A stretch of DNA of 64,000 bases from positions 1-64,000 of IMG/VR virus record IMGVR_UViG_3300045921_000730; one strand, written 5' to 3'. The notes beneath the pieces were generated by a model that worked only from the letters and a program-made list of their open reading frames with translations, did no database searches and was not told the origin of the DNA. Positions 39,356-48,469 of the stretch are shown piece after piece. A program made the translations under genes and the position numbers. The stretch's first letter is position 1; every line of letters starts with the position of its first letter.

Positions 39356-40279
39356 TTAAAATTTTCTTCCAAAGCCAATCATGAACAAATCTTGATCTCT
39401 GTTATAAAACGACGTAATTCTTGTAAATGTTCCACCAACAAAATAATCACCAAAATCTCTAACTATTCTGATAGAACCAGCCATCATTAGTTTTATTTGT
39501 TCAGTTGATCTTTTGTTATCAACAGCAAGATAAGGACCAATACCACCACTCAGTGTCCACTGTTCTGATGGCTTATAATCATACCAACCCTGAAAATACA
39601 TTCCAGTTCTATCAACAAGACCGGTATTACCTTCATAAAGTAAACCACCACCAAATGAAATGCGAGAAATGTTATACTGTTGTTTGATGTCTAACATCAC
39701 TGGTGTGGCATTTTTTTGTGTACCAATTTGTGTTGTACGAGAAGAACCTGACCAAACGCTCAAATATACTTTATCGAATACTTTTTCAGAATTGTTTACA
39801 GAATTATTCCAATCTTTACCAATACCAAACAATACACTATTTGAATTTGTGGTTGTCATTAAAATATTATTGTATTGAGCACGAAGATACCATCCATCTT
39901 GTAAATAATACTTAAGCGTTGCTGATGAAATTAAACCAACGTGGAAATCATTTAAACGATTTTCGTTTTGAAGTGTATTGTTGTTACTAATATATGGACC
40001 AGTACCAACTTGGTAATAAAGTGAATTCGTAATTTTGTCAGTATACCAGCCTTGTACAGCAAAGCCGTCCCTGTGATTATTTTCGCTGTGACCTTCGTTT
40101 AAGTAAGAAAACCCCACACCAAATTTATTGTTGATTTGTGAAATAAATCCGCTTTGTAATGTCCAAGTCGTATTAGGAGCATCAGCATTTTGTAAAGCAC
40201 CGCCTTGAAAATATACTTCACCACCATTAGCAAACGCTGTTGAACAAAACAATAATGGAAAAAGAGTTATGTATTTCAT
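39356..40279 (-). CDS. outer-membrane beta-barrel protein
   Basis: Signal peptide AFA-N; alternating amphipathic Gly/aromatic strands; C-terminal MIGFGRKF beta-signal. Confidence 0.75.
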   Translation of the reverse strand: MKYITLFPLLFCSTAFANGGEVYFQGGALQNADAPNTTWTLQSGFISQINNKFGVGFSYLNEGHSENNHRDGFAVQGWYTDKITNSLYYQVGTGPYISNNNTLQNENRLNDFHVGLISSATLKYYLQDGWYLRAQYNNILMTTTNSNSVLFGIGKDWNNSVNNSEKVFDKVYLSVWSGSSRTTQIGTQKNATPVMLDIKQQYNISRISFGGGLLYEGNTGLVDRTGMYFQGWYDYKPSEQWTLSGGIGPYLAVDNKRSTEQIKLMMAGSIRIVRDFGDYFVGGTFTRITSFYNRDQDLFMIGFGRKF

Positions 40280-40295
40280 GCACTTTCCTTTGATG

Positions 40296-40354
40296 TGGTG
40301 CTCTGTAGAGGAATCAAACCTCTGTAAGCTGTTTACGAAATAGCTATAATACTA
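40296..40354 (-). pseudogene. decayed tRNA-Thr(CGT) 3' remnant
   Basis: GCTAT-TTCGTAA-ACAGC arm, AGAGG-TTTGATT-CCTCT T-arm, ACAGAGC-ACCA. The 5' acceptor strand is replaced by the family B cassette. Confidence 0.55.
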
Positions 40355-40551
40355 CTGAACTACCACTTGTTCTTAAGAACAACTGGGGTCACCCAACGGT
40401 AACCTTGATTCCTGTTTCATTGTGGCATTTATTTCAGCCACTCTACAGGAGTAAATTCGGCCAGTTCCCAACCTATATGTTTTATTTGTTTCCATTTGTT
40501 GCAAAACGTGTTCCTAATTAAAATAATAACACACTTTCATCCACATGTCAA
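40355..40551 (-). ncRNA. family B omegaRNA-like cassette (copy 2)
   Basis: TTGACA-N17-TATTAT promoter, scaffold homologous to 35690-35891, RE TTGTTCTTAAGAACAAGTGGTAGTTCAG. Confidence 0.7.
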
Positions 40552-40580
40552 CAAGTAGGATTTGTGTGGATAGTACTAAG

Positions 40581-40796
40581 TTACTGTTGAGGAAACTCTT
40601 CTAACGTACCAATCGATCGTAGTTTTGCAGGAATATCAGTACCATCAATCATGACAAGTTTTCCGTCAACCTCACCCGCCATGTATTTACCGCCACCAAC
40701 AGCACGACCATTAAAAAGAACCGGTTTTACAACTTTGCCGTTTAGTTTACGAAGACGACCGTGTACTTTATCACTTGAAGATTTTGGTGCTGCCAT
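40581..40796 (-). CDS. hypothetical protein
   Basis: AAGGAG RBS; 71 aa. Confidence 0.7.
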   Translation of the reverse strand: MAAPKSSSDKVHGRLRKLNGKVVKPVLFNGRAVGGGKYMAGEVDGKLVMIDGTDIPAKLRSIGTLEEFPQQ

Positions 40797-40812
40797 GTGT
40801 TTCTCCTTTGAT

Positions 40813-42240
40813 ATAAACTACCGCGTAGCTAAAGACAACGCGGTTTTCCTGCTCCCCATGTCAACTCCAAAAATGCTTGAAGATCTCTCGATTTTAGCGA
40901 CATGTTTTTGCAAGGACGTTGGGATCACTCCCACTTCGGGCATCTCACCCGAAGGAATAAGTTGATCATAGCAATCTAGCTGACCAAAGTTTTTAATGTT
41001 GATAGCAGCATTTAAGTCTCGATCATGTTCAGTACCACAACCAGGGCAATGCCATTCCCGAGTACCAAGATCAAGTTTCTCAAGTTTGTGCCCACAGCAC
41101 GAACACGTCTTGCTAGATGGAACAAACGGATCAATTTGATGGAATGTCCTACCAGCAGAGGCTGACTTGCAGGAAATCATGGAAACAAGCGTTGACCAAG
41201 CAGTTTCATGGATTTTTCTTGAGAGTTTTCTGTTCTTCAACATTCCAGAAGCATTCAAGTTCTCCATGTAAATGGTATCAAAGTTTTGAATCAAGTAGGA
41301 GCTAATGTTGTGGTAGTACCAATTTCTAATGTTGGCAATCTTCTCGTAGCACTTAGCTACTTTGATTCGTTGAGCTTCTCTGTTCTTACTGCCTTTAGTC
41401 TTTCTTGCTAAAATGCGCTGCTGCTTCTTAAGTGCTAACTTGGCTTTCGCTAGCATTGCTTCAGGATGTTGGAATTTGAGTCCGGTTGAAAGGACGCAGA
41501 GGTCCTTCAAACCAAGATCAATCCCCACTTCTTGCTCGGTAGAAGGTAGAACTGAAACATCTTCTTCTACCAAGATGGAAACAAAAAACTTACCTGACGG
41601 AGTCTTTGACACTGTAGCTGATTTGATGGTTCCTTCGAACTTTCTGTCTAGAGCAATCTTGACATTCTTGATCTTTGGTAACTTGACTGTGCTGTTCTCA
41701 AAATCAACTTTGACATCACGAGTCCTGTAGGACTGATAATTTGATTTAGACTTGAATCTGGGTGCTTGTAGCTTTGGACCTTTTCGTTTTCCGGTGATAG
41801 AATTTAAGAAGTTTTGGTATGCTGTGTGCAGGTCTTCGGCTGCATGTTTCAAACACCAGTCGTCAATTTCTCTGAGCCAAGCAGTTTCTGGTTGTTTCTT
41901 GAGTTGAGTAATCTGTACGTTGATGTCGTAGTTGTTCAGATGTTTTTCTTTGTTGGCAAATCGTTGTTTGTTTTCGTGGAGGTAATGGTTGAAAATCCAA
42001 CGCTTGGCACCAAAGAACTGTGTTAGCAGCGCCTCTTCTGCTTTGTTTGGATACAACCTATACTTGTATGCTCTTAATTCCACTTGACAAACCTTTGTTG
42101 TTCTGTTATAATCTATTTATGCTTTTTCATGTTTCGATATGACAATTTCAGGAGATTTTTCGATGTTGTTTGATCTAGATCAAAAACTTGACCAATTCAT
42201 CCACGCGACTAAAAATCACGTGGTTTCCTTGGTCTAATTG
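40813..42240 (-). mobile_element. tnpB: IS1341-like (tnpB-only) element with family A ends; tnpB CDS 40818..42083
   Basis: LE CCACGTGA-TTTTTAG-TCGCGTGGATGAA and RE CCGCGTTGTCTTTAGCTACGCGGTAG match family A; RuvC D/E/D intact; Zn ribbon present. Confidence 0.93.
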
Positions 42241-42288
42241 ATATGAATTATCAGAACTTCCGATACAAATACCGGAACCGTAGTTTTG

Positions 42289-42361
42289 CTCCCCGACCAG
42301 GGCTCGAACCCGGGACCTGCGGATTAACAGTCCGTTGCTCTACCGACTGAGCTATCGGGGA
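42289..42361 (-). tRNA. tRNA-Asn(GTT)
   Basis: TCCCCGA/TCGGGGA acceptor stem, CGGA-CTGTTAA-TCCG arm, GGTTCGAGCC T-arm. Followed by CAA. Confidence 0.95.
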
Positions 42362-42448
42362 ATAAATAGCTAATTGTTCTTAAGAAGAATTAGCTAATAC
42401 ATTACTATACTACTAAACAAAAGACAACAATCAACGTTCTGTATTAAA

Positions 42449-42654
42449 ATGAACTACCACGAAGCTAAAAACTTTATGGTTTCCGAGCTCATCGACTCGA
42501 CCTAACCGCATCGACGCCTCCTTCGGTTTTTGTTTAATGTCCGACTGCGTCCCACAACCAGACATTTTATTTATGACTACAAATTAATTAGATACCAATG
42601 TGCTGATTCATCCATGTGACTGAAGATCACGTGGTTTTCTCAACCTTAAGTTTG
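42449..42654 (-). mobile_element. mini-element family A copy 3 (most diverged)
   Basis: TTTAT...TAGTTCAT boundaries; compensatory stem changes. Confidence 0.88.
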
Positions 42655-42864
42655 ATAAATAAAAAACGACAACAACATTACTTATGTATACGTTTCAAAT
42701 ATGACAACACCCGAAAAACAGTATCTTAAATTTCCTCGTTTGTGTTTTGTATGTAAAAAAATTGTTCCTTATATACGGCGTGAAAAATATATTTGTAGTG
42801 AACAATGCGAGAAAAAATTTAACAAAAAAATAAAACTAAAAACAACTTTACGTTGTTGTGGTGG

Positions 42865-43122
42865 TTAAAATAGTTGCTTTCTACTATGCGAAGCGCCGCA
42901 ACGACCACAATACCACCACTCCCAACCTAAGCCATTGTTGTAATACTTTGTCTTTTCGTGTTCACCGTATATTTTAATACAATCTTCTTGTAGTTGTTTT
43001 AATGCTGGAAAATATACTTCTTCGTCATATTGTTTCATTAATTCTTCAGTTTTTTTACGGCGTTCATTATCAATTTCAAGTCGTCGTTTCCATATGTCGT
43101 GCATCACATTAATCGATGTCAT
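42865..43122 (-). CDS. hypothetical protein (Zn-ribbon-like tail)
   Basis: C..H...CGRC. Confidence 0.6.
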   Translation of the reverse strand: MTSINVMHDIWKRRLEIDNERRKKTEELMKQYDEEVYFPALKQLQEDCIKIYGEHEKTKYYNNGLGWEWWYCGRCGASHSRKQLF

Positions 43123-43124
43123 TT

Positions 43125-43388
43125 TTATTCGTCCCTTGGATCATATTCATATTGTTTAAAATGTTTTTTTAAAACGGCAAGCTTGTCTTCATACTCGGCA
43201 ATTGCTTGTAATTCTTTTTCAATGGCACCGATATAATCGGTATGATCATGAATTGCCAATGGATTGTTTAACATTACATTTATGTTCATTTTGTGACGAG
43301 CAATATTTCCTTCAAAATAAGAAGTCAATGTTGTAAGTATGGCTAATTTTATAGATGAATTGGTGATCATATTATTTTCCTCAGACAT
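43125..43388 (-). CDS. hypothetical phage protein
   Basis: Short helical ORF in operon. Confidence 0.6.
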   Translation of the reverse strand: MSEENNMITNSSIKLAILTTLTSYFEGNIARHKMNINVMLNNPLAIHDHTDYIGAIEKELQAIAEYEDKLAVLKKHFKQYEYDPRDE

Positions 43389-43930
43389 TAAAAAACTTGA
43401 CTTAATTTTGCAACAAACGTATTATCCTTTGTAGCTTTTAATATAATATCTTCTTTTTTTACTTTCCTATAAAATTTTTCTGTTGTCAACAAGACGTTGT
43501 TCATTTCACACTCACCTTGAAAAACAAGATATGTATTGATGATACCATCATATTTTATTTGTTTTGTTTCGTTTTGATTTAATTTAAATATTTCAATGTT
43601 ATAATTTTTCTTGAAGTCAAGAGCCCACACATTTGTGAATTTTGTTTTTTCATAATATCGAACATAATAATATCTAAGATGTTTTAATTCAGTTGTAATA
43701 TTATACGGTTTTTCGGTTGTAAAATAATTATATTCAAGAACTTTTTGTTTGTCGGGGTGTGAAAGAATTATCGTATTTCCTGCATGTCGATTAGGAACCC
43801 CAAACGTGAATAACGTTTTTATTTTTTCCTGGTCAACAAACTCTTCTAAATATTCTTGATTGTCATCAATATCAACATACTGACGACAAAGACCAAATTC
43901 TGTTCCTCTCATTGTATTATAATATATCAT
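43388..43930 (-). CDS. hypothetical protein (cupin-like C-terminus possible)
   Basis: Divergent from the PP-loop/desaturase operon. Confidence 0.5.
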   Translation of the reverse strand: MIYYNTMRGTEFGLCRQYVDIDDNQEYLEEFVDQEKIKTLFTFGVPNRHAGNTIILSHPDKQKVLEYNYFTTEKPYNITTELKHLRYYYVRYYEKTKFTNVWALDFKKNYNIEIFKLNQNETKQIKYDGIINTYLVFQGECEMNNVLLTTEKFYRKVKKEDIILKATKDNTFVAKLSQVF

Positions 43931-43956
43931 AATTTATTATTCTCCACTGATACCAT

Positions 43957-44815
43957 GAATATTACTTATAATAATTATTTTTCGTGTTTTGGGTCAGGAT
44001 CGACATTTACTGTAAAAAGAAACAAAATCACAAGACCTCCCAACACCTTTCTGGAAGAAGCATGCATTGCCGCTGAAGAAATATACAAAAACAGAAACGA
44101 AATTCTTTATTTGATGTATAGTGGTGGAATAGATAGCGAATTTATGTTAAGTGTATTTTTGTCTTTAAATATTCCATTTGTCCCTGTAATAATAGATCTT
44201 CAACCAAACTATAATTTACATGATACAAAATATGCTTTTTCTTTCTGTAAACAAAATAGTTTAACTCCTTTAATTATTTCTATTGATTTCGACGAATTTG
44301 TAATGACGGGCAAAATAAATGAAATAGCAGAAACAGCTGAATGTGCATGGTATCAATTGCCAACAACTTTATTTGCAGAACAACAGCTAAAAGGAAGCGT
44401 GATAACAGCCAGTGGTGAACCCGATTTCGTAAAAAAAGATAACAAATGGTTTTATTATGAACTAGAAGAAATAAAAGCAAGAATAAACTGGAGAGAGAAA
44501 AATAATATTGATGGAACTCCTTTTTTTATGTCATATACTCCAGAAATGTGTTATAGTTTTATTGAAGATGATATCTTTGCAAGTTTGTTAAATAACCACA
44601 GGCCTGGATATCAACATTCGTTCAATTATAAAAAGAATTTATATCGAAAATTTTTTCCGTTAAAAAATAGGCCTAAATATACAGGATTTGAAATAATTGA
44701 AAAAAGCGAAATCTTTCAACATCCAAATTTAAAAAAATTTAATGTTTATCAACAAAAATGGGGCGGAATTTACGAAACGACATATGAAGAATTCAAGCAA
44801 CAACTTTCTTTTTAG
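43957..44815 (+). CDS. PP-loop (adenine nucleotide alpha-hydrolase-like) protein
   Basis: LMYSGGIDSE; start probably MNITYNNY. Confidence 0.6.
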
Positions 44816-45566
44816 TTTAAAATTAAATCAATATTTAATTATTTTACATATTTTAGGAATATATAGTTTAATTAATTTAAATAACGTTTCTTTATCGCAA
44901 GTTATCATTCCATTTGTTATCGGTTATTTTATAACGATGATACTTGGTGTAAGTATTGGATACCACAGATTAATTTCGCACGGAAGTTTTAAAACGAATG
45001 TTTTTTGGAAAATTGTCTTGTTATTTTCGGGAATGTTGAGTTTTCAAGGAAGTCCTTTATTTTGGGGCGCCTTGCACAGAAATTATCATCACAAGCATGC
45101 CGATACCGATAAAGACCCACACAGTCCAAAGCACGGATTATTTCATAGTTATATGGGATGGCTTTGGAAAATAAAAAGAACAGACATTTCTTTCCGTCGC
45201 GTTCCAGATCTATTAAGGGATAAGATTGTATTATTTTTTCATAAACATCAAACTTATTTGTTGTTTGCTGTTTGTTTATTAGTGGGAATAATTAATATTA
45301 ATTGGTTATTATATGGAATAATTTTACCAGCATTAATAACATTTCATGGTTGGTGCATGGTGACAAGTTTAAGTCATTCGTCTAAATTTTCATACAGAAA
45401 TTATCAAACAAAAGATAATAGTTTAAATATTGTTTGGTTGTGGCCTTTGGTGTTTGGCGAAGCATGGCACAATAATCATCATGGAAAGGAAAGAAACTAT
45501 TCTACACAACAAAAATGGTTTGAATTTGACCCAGCCAAATTTGTAATTGAACGAATAAAACAATGA
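44784..45566 (+). CDS. membrane fatty-acid (delta-9-type) desaturase
   Basis: His boxes GYHRLISH, HRNYHH..DTDKDPHSP, GEAWHNNHH; WFEFDP. Confidence 0.92.
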   Translation: MKNSSNNFLFSLKLNQYLIILHILGIYSLINLNNVSLSQVIIPFVIGYFITMILGVSIGYHRLISHGSFKTNVFWKIVLLFSGMLSFQGSPLFWGALHRNYHHKHADTDKDPHSPKHGLFHSYMGWLWKIKRTDISFRRVPDLLRDKIVLFFHKHQTYLLFAVCLLVGIININWLLYGIILPALITFHGWCMVTSLSHSSKFSYRNYQTKDNSLNIVWLWPLVFGEAWHNNHHGKERNYSTQQKWFEFDPAKFVIERIKQ

Positions 45567-46012
45567 AAACAATCGACGAATATACAGATAGAAATAATAA
45601 TCATCACAAAATTATTTATATAAAAAATATACATTCTACGCCATATAGAGAATGGTTCCTTCAAACATGTAAAGAAGTTATTGAACAGGGCCATGCATAT
45701 GATGTCTGGGATTACTCGAATATAAAATATAGTTCAATCATTTGGCTCAAAAATGACAAACCCTTTTTACATTTTTCGTTTGTTATTCAACGGCGATATA
45801 AAATGTTGGCAGACATATTCATATATGCCTCACCAGAGGCCAGATATAAAAAATACCCCTTAAAATTAATGGAATATGCCAAACAATGGGGAAAAGAAAA
45901 TGGTTTTGTTTGTTCGTCGGGTTTAATTCACGTTAACAATAAACAAAGCATTAATTTTTGGGAAAAAATTGGCGGCAAAAAACCTTTTTACTTTGCAATA
46001 ATAGATTTTTAA
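45563..46012 (+). CDS. GNAT-like acetyltransferase
   Basis: IYASPEARYK..LMEYAKQW..HVNNKQSINFWEKIG. Confidence 0.6.
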   Translation: MKTIDEYTDRNNNHHKIIYIKNIHSTPYREWFLQTCKEVIEQGHAYDVWDYSNIKYSSIIWLKNDKPFLHFSFVIQRRYKMLADIFIYASPEARYKKYPLKLMEYAKQWGKENGFVCSSGLIHVNNKQSINFWEKIGGKKPFYFAIIDF

Positions 46013-46257
46013 TTTAATAATAAAATCTTGTATGCATTAAGAGCGCTATCAATGTCAGCATAAAAATTTGCTTCATCGTCTGTAACAGATCCGTTGGCAG
46101 CATTTATAAATTGTGATGTATATCTAATAGTCGGTGCAATGGCTGGAAATACTTGTTTGATTTCAAGAGTTTTAACGACACCTTCTCTTACACCATCATT
46201 TAAACTAACATGCCAAACAGTTTGACCAACATCAAATTGATATGTAATGGTTGTCAT
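46009..46257 (-). CDS. hypothetical protein
   Basis: YQFDVGQTVW beta-rich ORF. Confidence 0.6.
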   Translation of the reverse strand: MTTITYQFDVGQTVWHVSLNDGVREGVVKTLEIKQVFPAIAPTIRYTSQFINAANGSVTDDEANFYADIDSALNAYKILLLN

Positions 46258-46258
46258 T

Positions 46259-46603
46259 TTAATCTCCCGTATATGGATCTAATCCGATTTTTTGTCGGCG
46301 TTCCAGATGATGCTTACGTGATTTAATTATATCTTCAGCCGTCTCTGGTGATAATTTTTTATGCATTTCGTATTTTTCGGGATGAAACTTTTGTTTCATT
46401 TCAAAGACAAATTTGTCAAAAACACCAATATTCAAAGGAACGTTCAAGCCCTTGTCGCGAATTCTTTTTGAGACTATATTCTCAAACGCACGAATTCCAC
46501 CCTTATCTTCCTTAATAGCATTTAACAATTGTTTTTGTTCTTCTTTTGTAAGAAGATCGTCGATTGTTAACGAAGATCCTTCATAAATTTGTTTTAATAA
46601 CAT
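46259..46603 (-). CDS. hypothetical protein
   Basis: MLLKQIYEG N-terminus. Confidence 0.6.
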   Translation of the reverse strand: MLLKQIYEGSSLTIDDLLTKEEQKQLLNAIKEDKGGIRAFENIVSKRIRDKGLNVPLNIGVFDKFVFEMKQKFHPEKYEMHKKLSPETAEDIIKSRKHHLERRQKIGLDPYTGD

Positions 46604-46657
46604 ATTAATATAAACTCCTTTTCATATTATTTATCAATTTTGTATAGAAAATGTAGT

Positions 46658-46981
46658 TTAAATACTGAAACTTTCACCGCAGCCACAACGTCCAGTTTCT
46701 GCTTTATTATTAATAATAATTTTCTTTTTAAATTTATCTGAAGTCATGTCTACAACAACATCTTTTAAGAGCTCTGTGTCTTCATTTGGTACGAAAACAA
46801 AAATGTTTCCAAATTGAAAGCGTTGAACATTAACAGAATCAAGTTGATTAATTACTTTGAGTTCATATTTAAAGCCAGAACAACCAAATTTTTTAACTGA
46901 TAATAAAATACCAATTAATTCAGGGGTTATCGTAAGTAATCTTTCAAAATGCTTTTGTGCTTCTGATGTAATTGTTATCAT
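46658..46981 (-). CDS. IscA/HesB-family Fe-S assembly protein
   Basis: ITITSEA, KFGCSGFKY, terminal CGCGESF. Confidence 0.92.
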   Translation of the reverse strand: MITITSEAQKHFERLLTITPELIGILLSVKKFGCSGFKYELKVINQLDSVNVQRFQFGNIFVFVPNEDTELLKDVVVDMTSDKFKKKIIINNKAETGRCGCGESFSI

Positions 46982-48255
46982 ACTGTTGTCCGCATAAGTG
47001 CTTGTTTTAATTTTGTTTTTAACCTGTGATCATGTACCATATTTATTATTGATCTTTTTACCGCTTTACTTTCAACACTATTCACTGCTTCTTCTATGAC
47101 TTTTATGGTTTGTTTTTGTTTTGGAATAAGTTTTAGTATTTGAGGATGTCGTTTAACAATTTTTATTAAAATCTGTTCTTCTAATAAATCTTCTCTTACA
47201 TATGCAACCAAAGAAGGTTGTTTGAAGATTATTGATTCAATTAATTCTTTAGTTTGAAATTCTGGATCCATTACCTGAATTAACTCGGGGCGGTATTTCA
47301 CTGCTTCTTGTTGGAAATATCTGGTTTGTTGTAAATCAGAACGGATCAATGTTTTAGCAGCTTTAAAAGAAATTGAAAAAGCAATGTCGATTATTTCTTC
47401 GTTTTGAAATTCTGGAGGCATCAATCTAATCAATTCGATTTTTGTTTCGGAACTTTCACGTGGTTTGCGCAAAGCATTTATGTATGCTTGCTGCGACGGA
47501 TTTTCCATTAAATATATAATGCCATATTTTTCTCCAATTGAATTAAATGCTTTTTTGATTTCAGGAAACGAATGTACGAGTTTCATTAAACTCACCATTC
47601 GATCGGATTCGTCTCTGAATTGACTTGTTTCAAAATGAAATTGATATCTCCCGGCTGGCGTATAGACGATATACAAATCACCTTGTTGGCTATAGGTCAA
47701 GAAAAAATTTTTAGATGATGTTGAGGCGGTGCACCATGCAGTACCTTTTCCAAACCAACAGGATGCCTCTGCTGTTCTAGGAATTAAAACTTTAATTTGT
47801 TCCCCTTGATAGAACAGTTCTGCTTGTTTAGTTTCAAAAAAATTTTGCTCTTTTGTTTTTTCTTCTTGTCTTTTTGACAGAGGAACATCCGCATCTCTTA
47901 CTTTTTTTAATTCTAAAAACAAATCGCTTGTTGTTTTATATCGATTGATGTCTCGAAAGGACAGTTTGTTTTTATACCTTTCAAAATCACAGAGGTCTTG
48001 ATAAATTCGTGTCAAATCTTCAAGATAAAAATTGTTTTGTGTATATTTGTTTGCAATCCACTGCAGATATTTGTATTTTTTTGATGGATCGTATTTTTTT
48101 AATATGTCAAGAACATAATGAGCATTATTAATAATGCTATTATCAGAAGAATGATCTAAACAGTCTTGACTTCGAGTAGGATCGGAATTAAAAGCAAGTA
48201 TTAATTTTTTGTTGAGTGTTTTAACGATAAAATCATCACGTAAGATTGATTTCAT
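46978..48255 (-). CDS. conserved phage protein (PcfJ-like domain) with C-terminal short helical repeats
   Basis: KYLQWI, GKGTAWCTA, GDLYIV..RYQFHF, then repeated P(E/S)LI..M units. Confidence 0.55.
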   Translation of the reverse strand: MKSILRDDFIVKTLNKKLILAFNSDPTRSQDCLDHSSDNSIINNAHYVLDILKKYDPSKKYKYLQWIANKYTQNNFYLEDLTRIYQDLCDFERYKNKLSFRDINRYKTTSDLFLELKKVRDADVPLSKRQEEKTKEQNFFETKQAELFYQGEQIKVLIPRTAEASCWFGKGTAWCTASTSSKNFFLTYSQQGDLYIVYTPAGRYQFHFETSQFRDESDRMVSLMKLVHSFPEIKKAFNSIGEKYGIIYLMENPSQQAYINALRKPRESSETKIELIRLMPPEFQNEEIIDIAFSISFKAAKTLIRSDLQQTRYFQQEAVKYRPELIQVMDPEFQTKELIESIIFKQPSLVAYVREDLLEEQILIKIVKRHPQILKLIPKQKQTIKVIEEAVNSVESKAVKRSIINMVHDHRLKTKLKQALMRTTV

Positions 48256-48469
48256 AATTTATTTTATTTTTTAAATTTATTTAAAATATTTACTGACTAG
48301 CACAAAATATTTTGTGGTTTTCTGAATCTAGAAGAGCGGTGAAACGAACGTTTCATCTATTTTTTATTTTGACATCCAGAGATTTTTAGCAAATTGTTCA
48401 GCAGCGATCAACAAACTTTCTTCAGAAAATTTATATAATTCAGGTATAATCATGCGATTCCATAAAATC

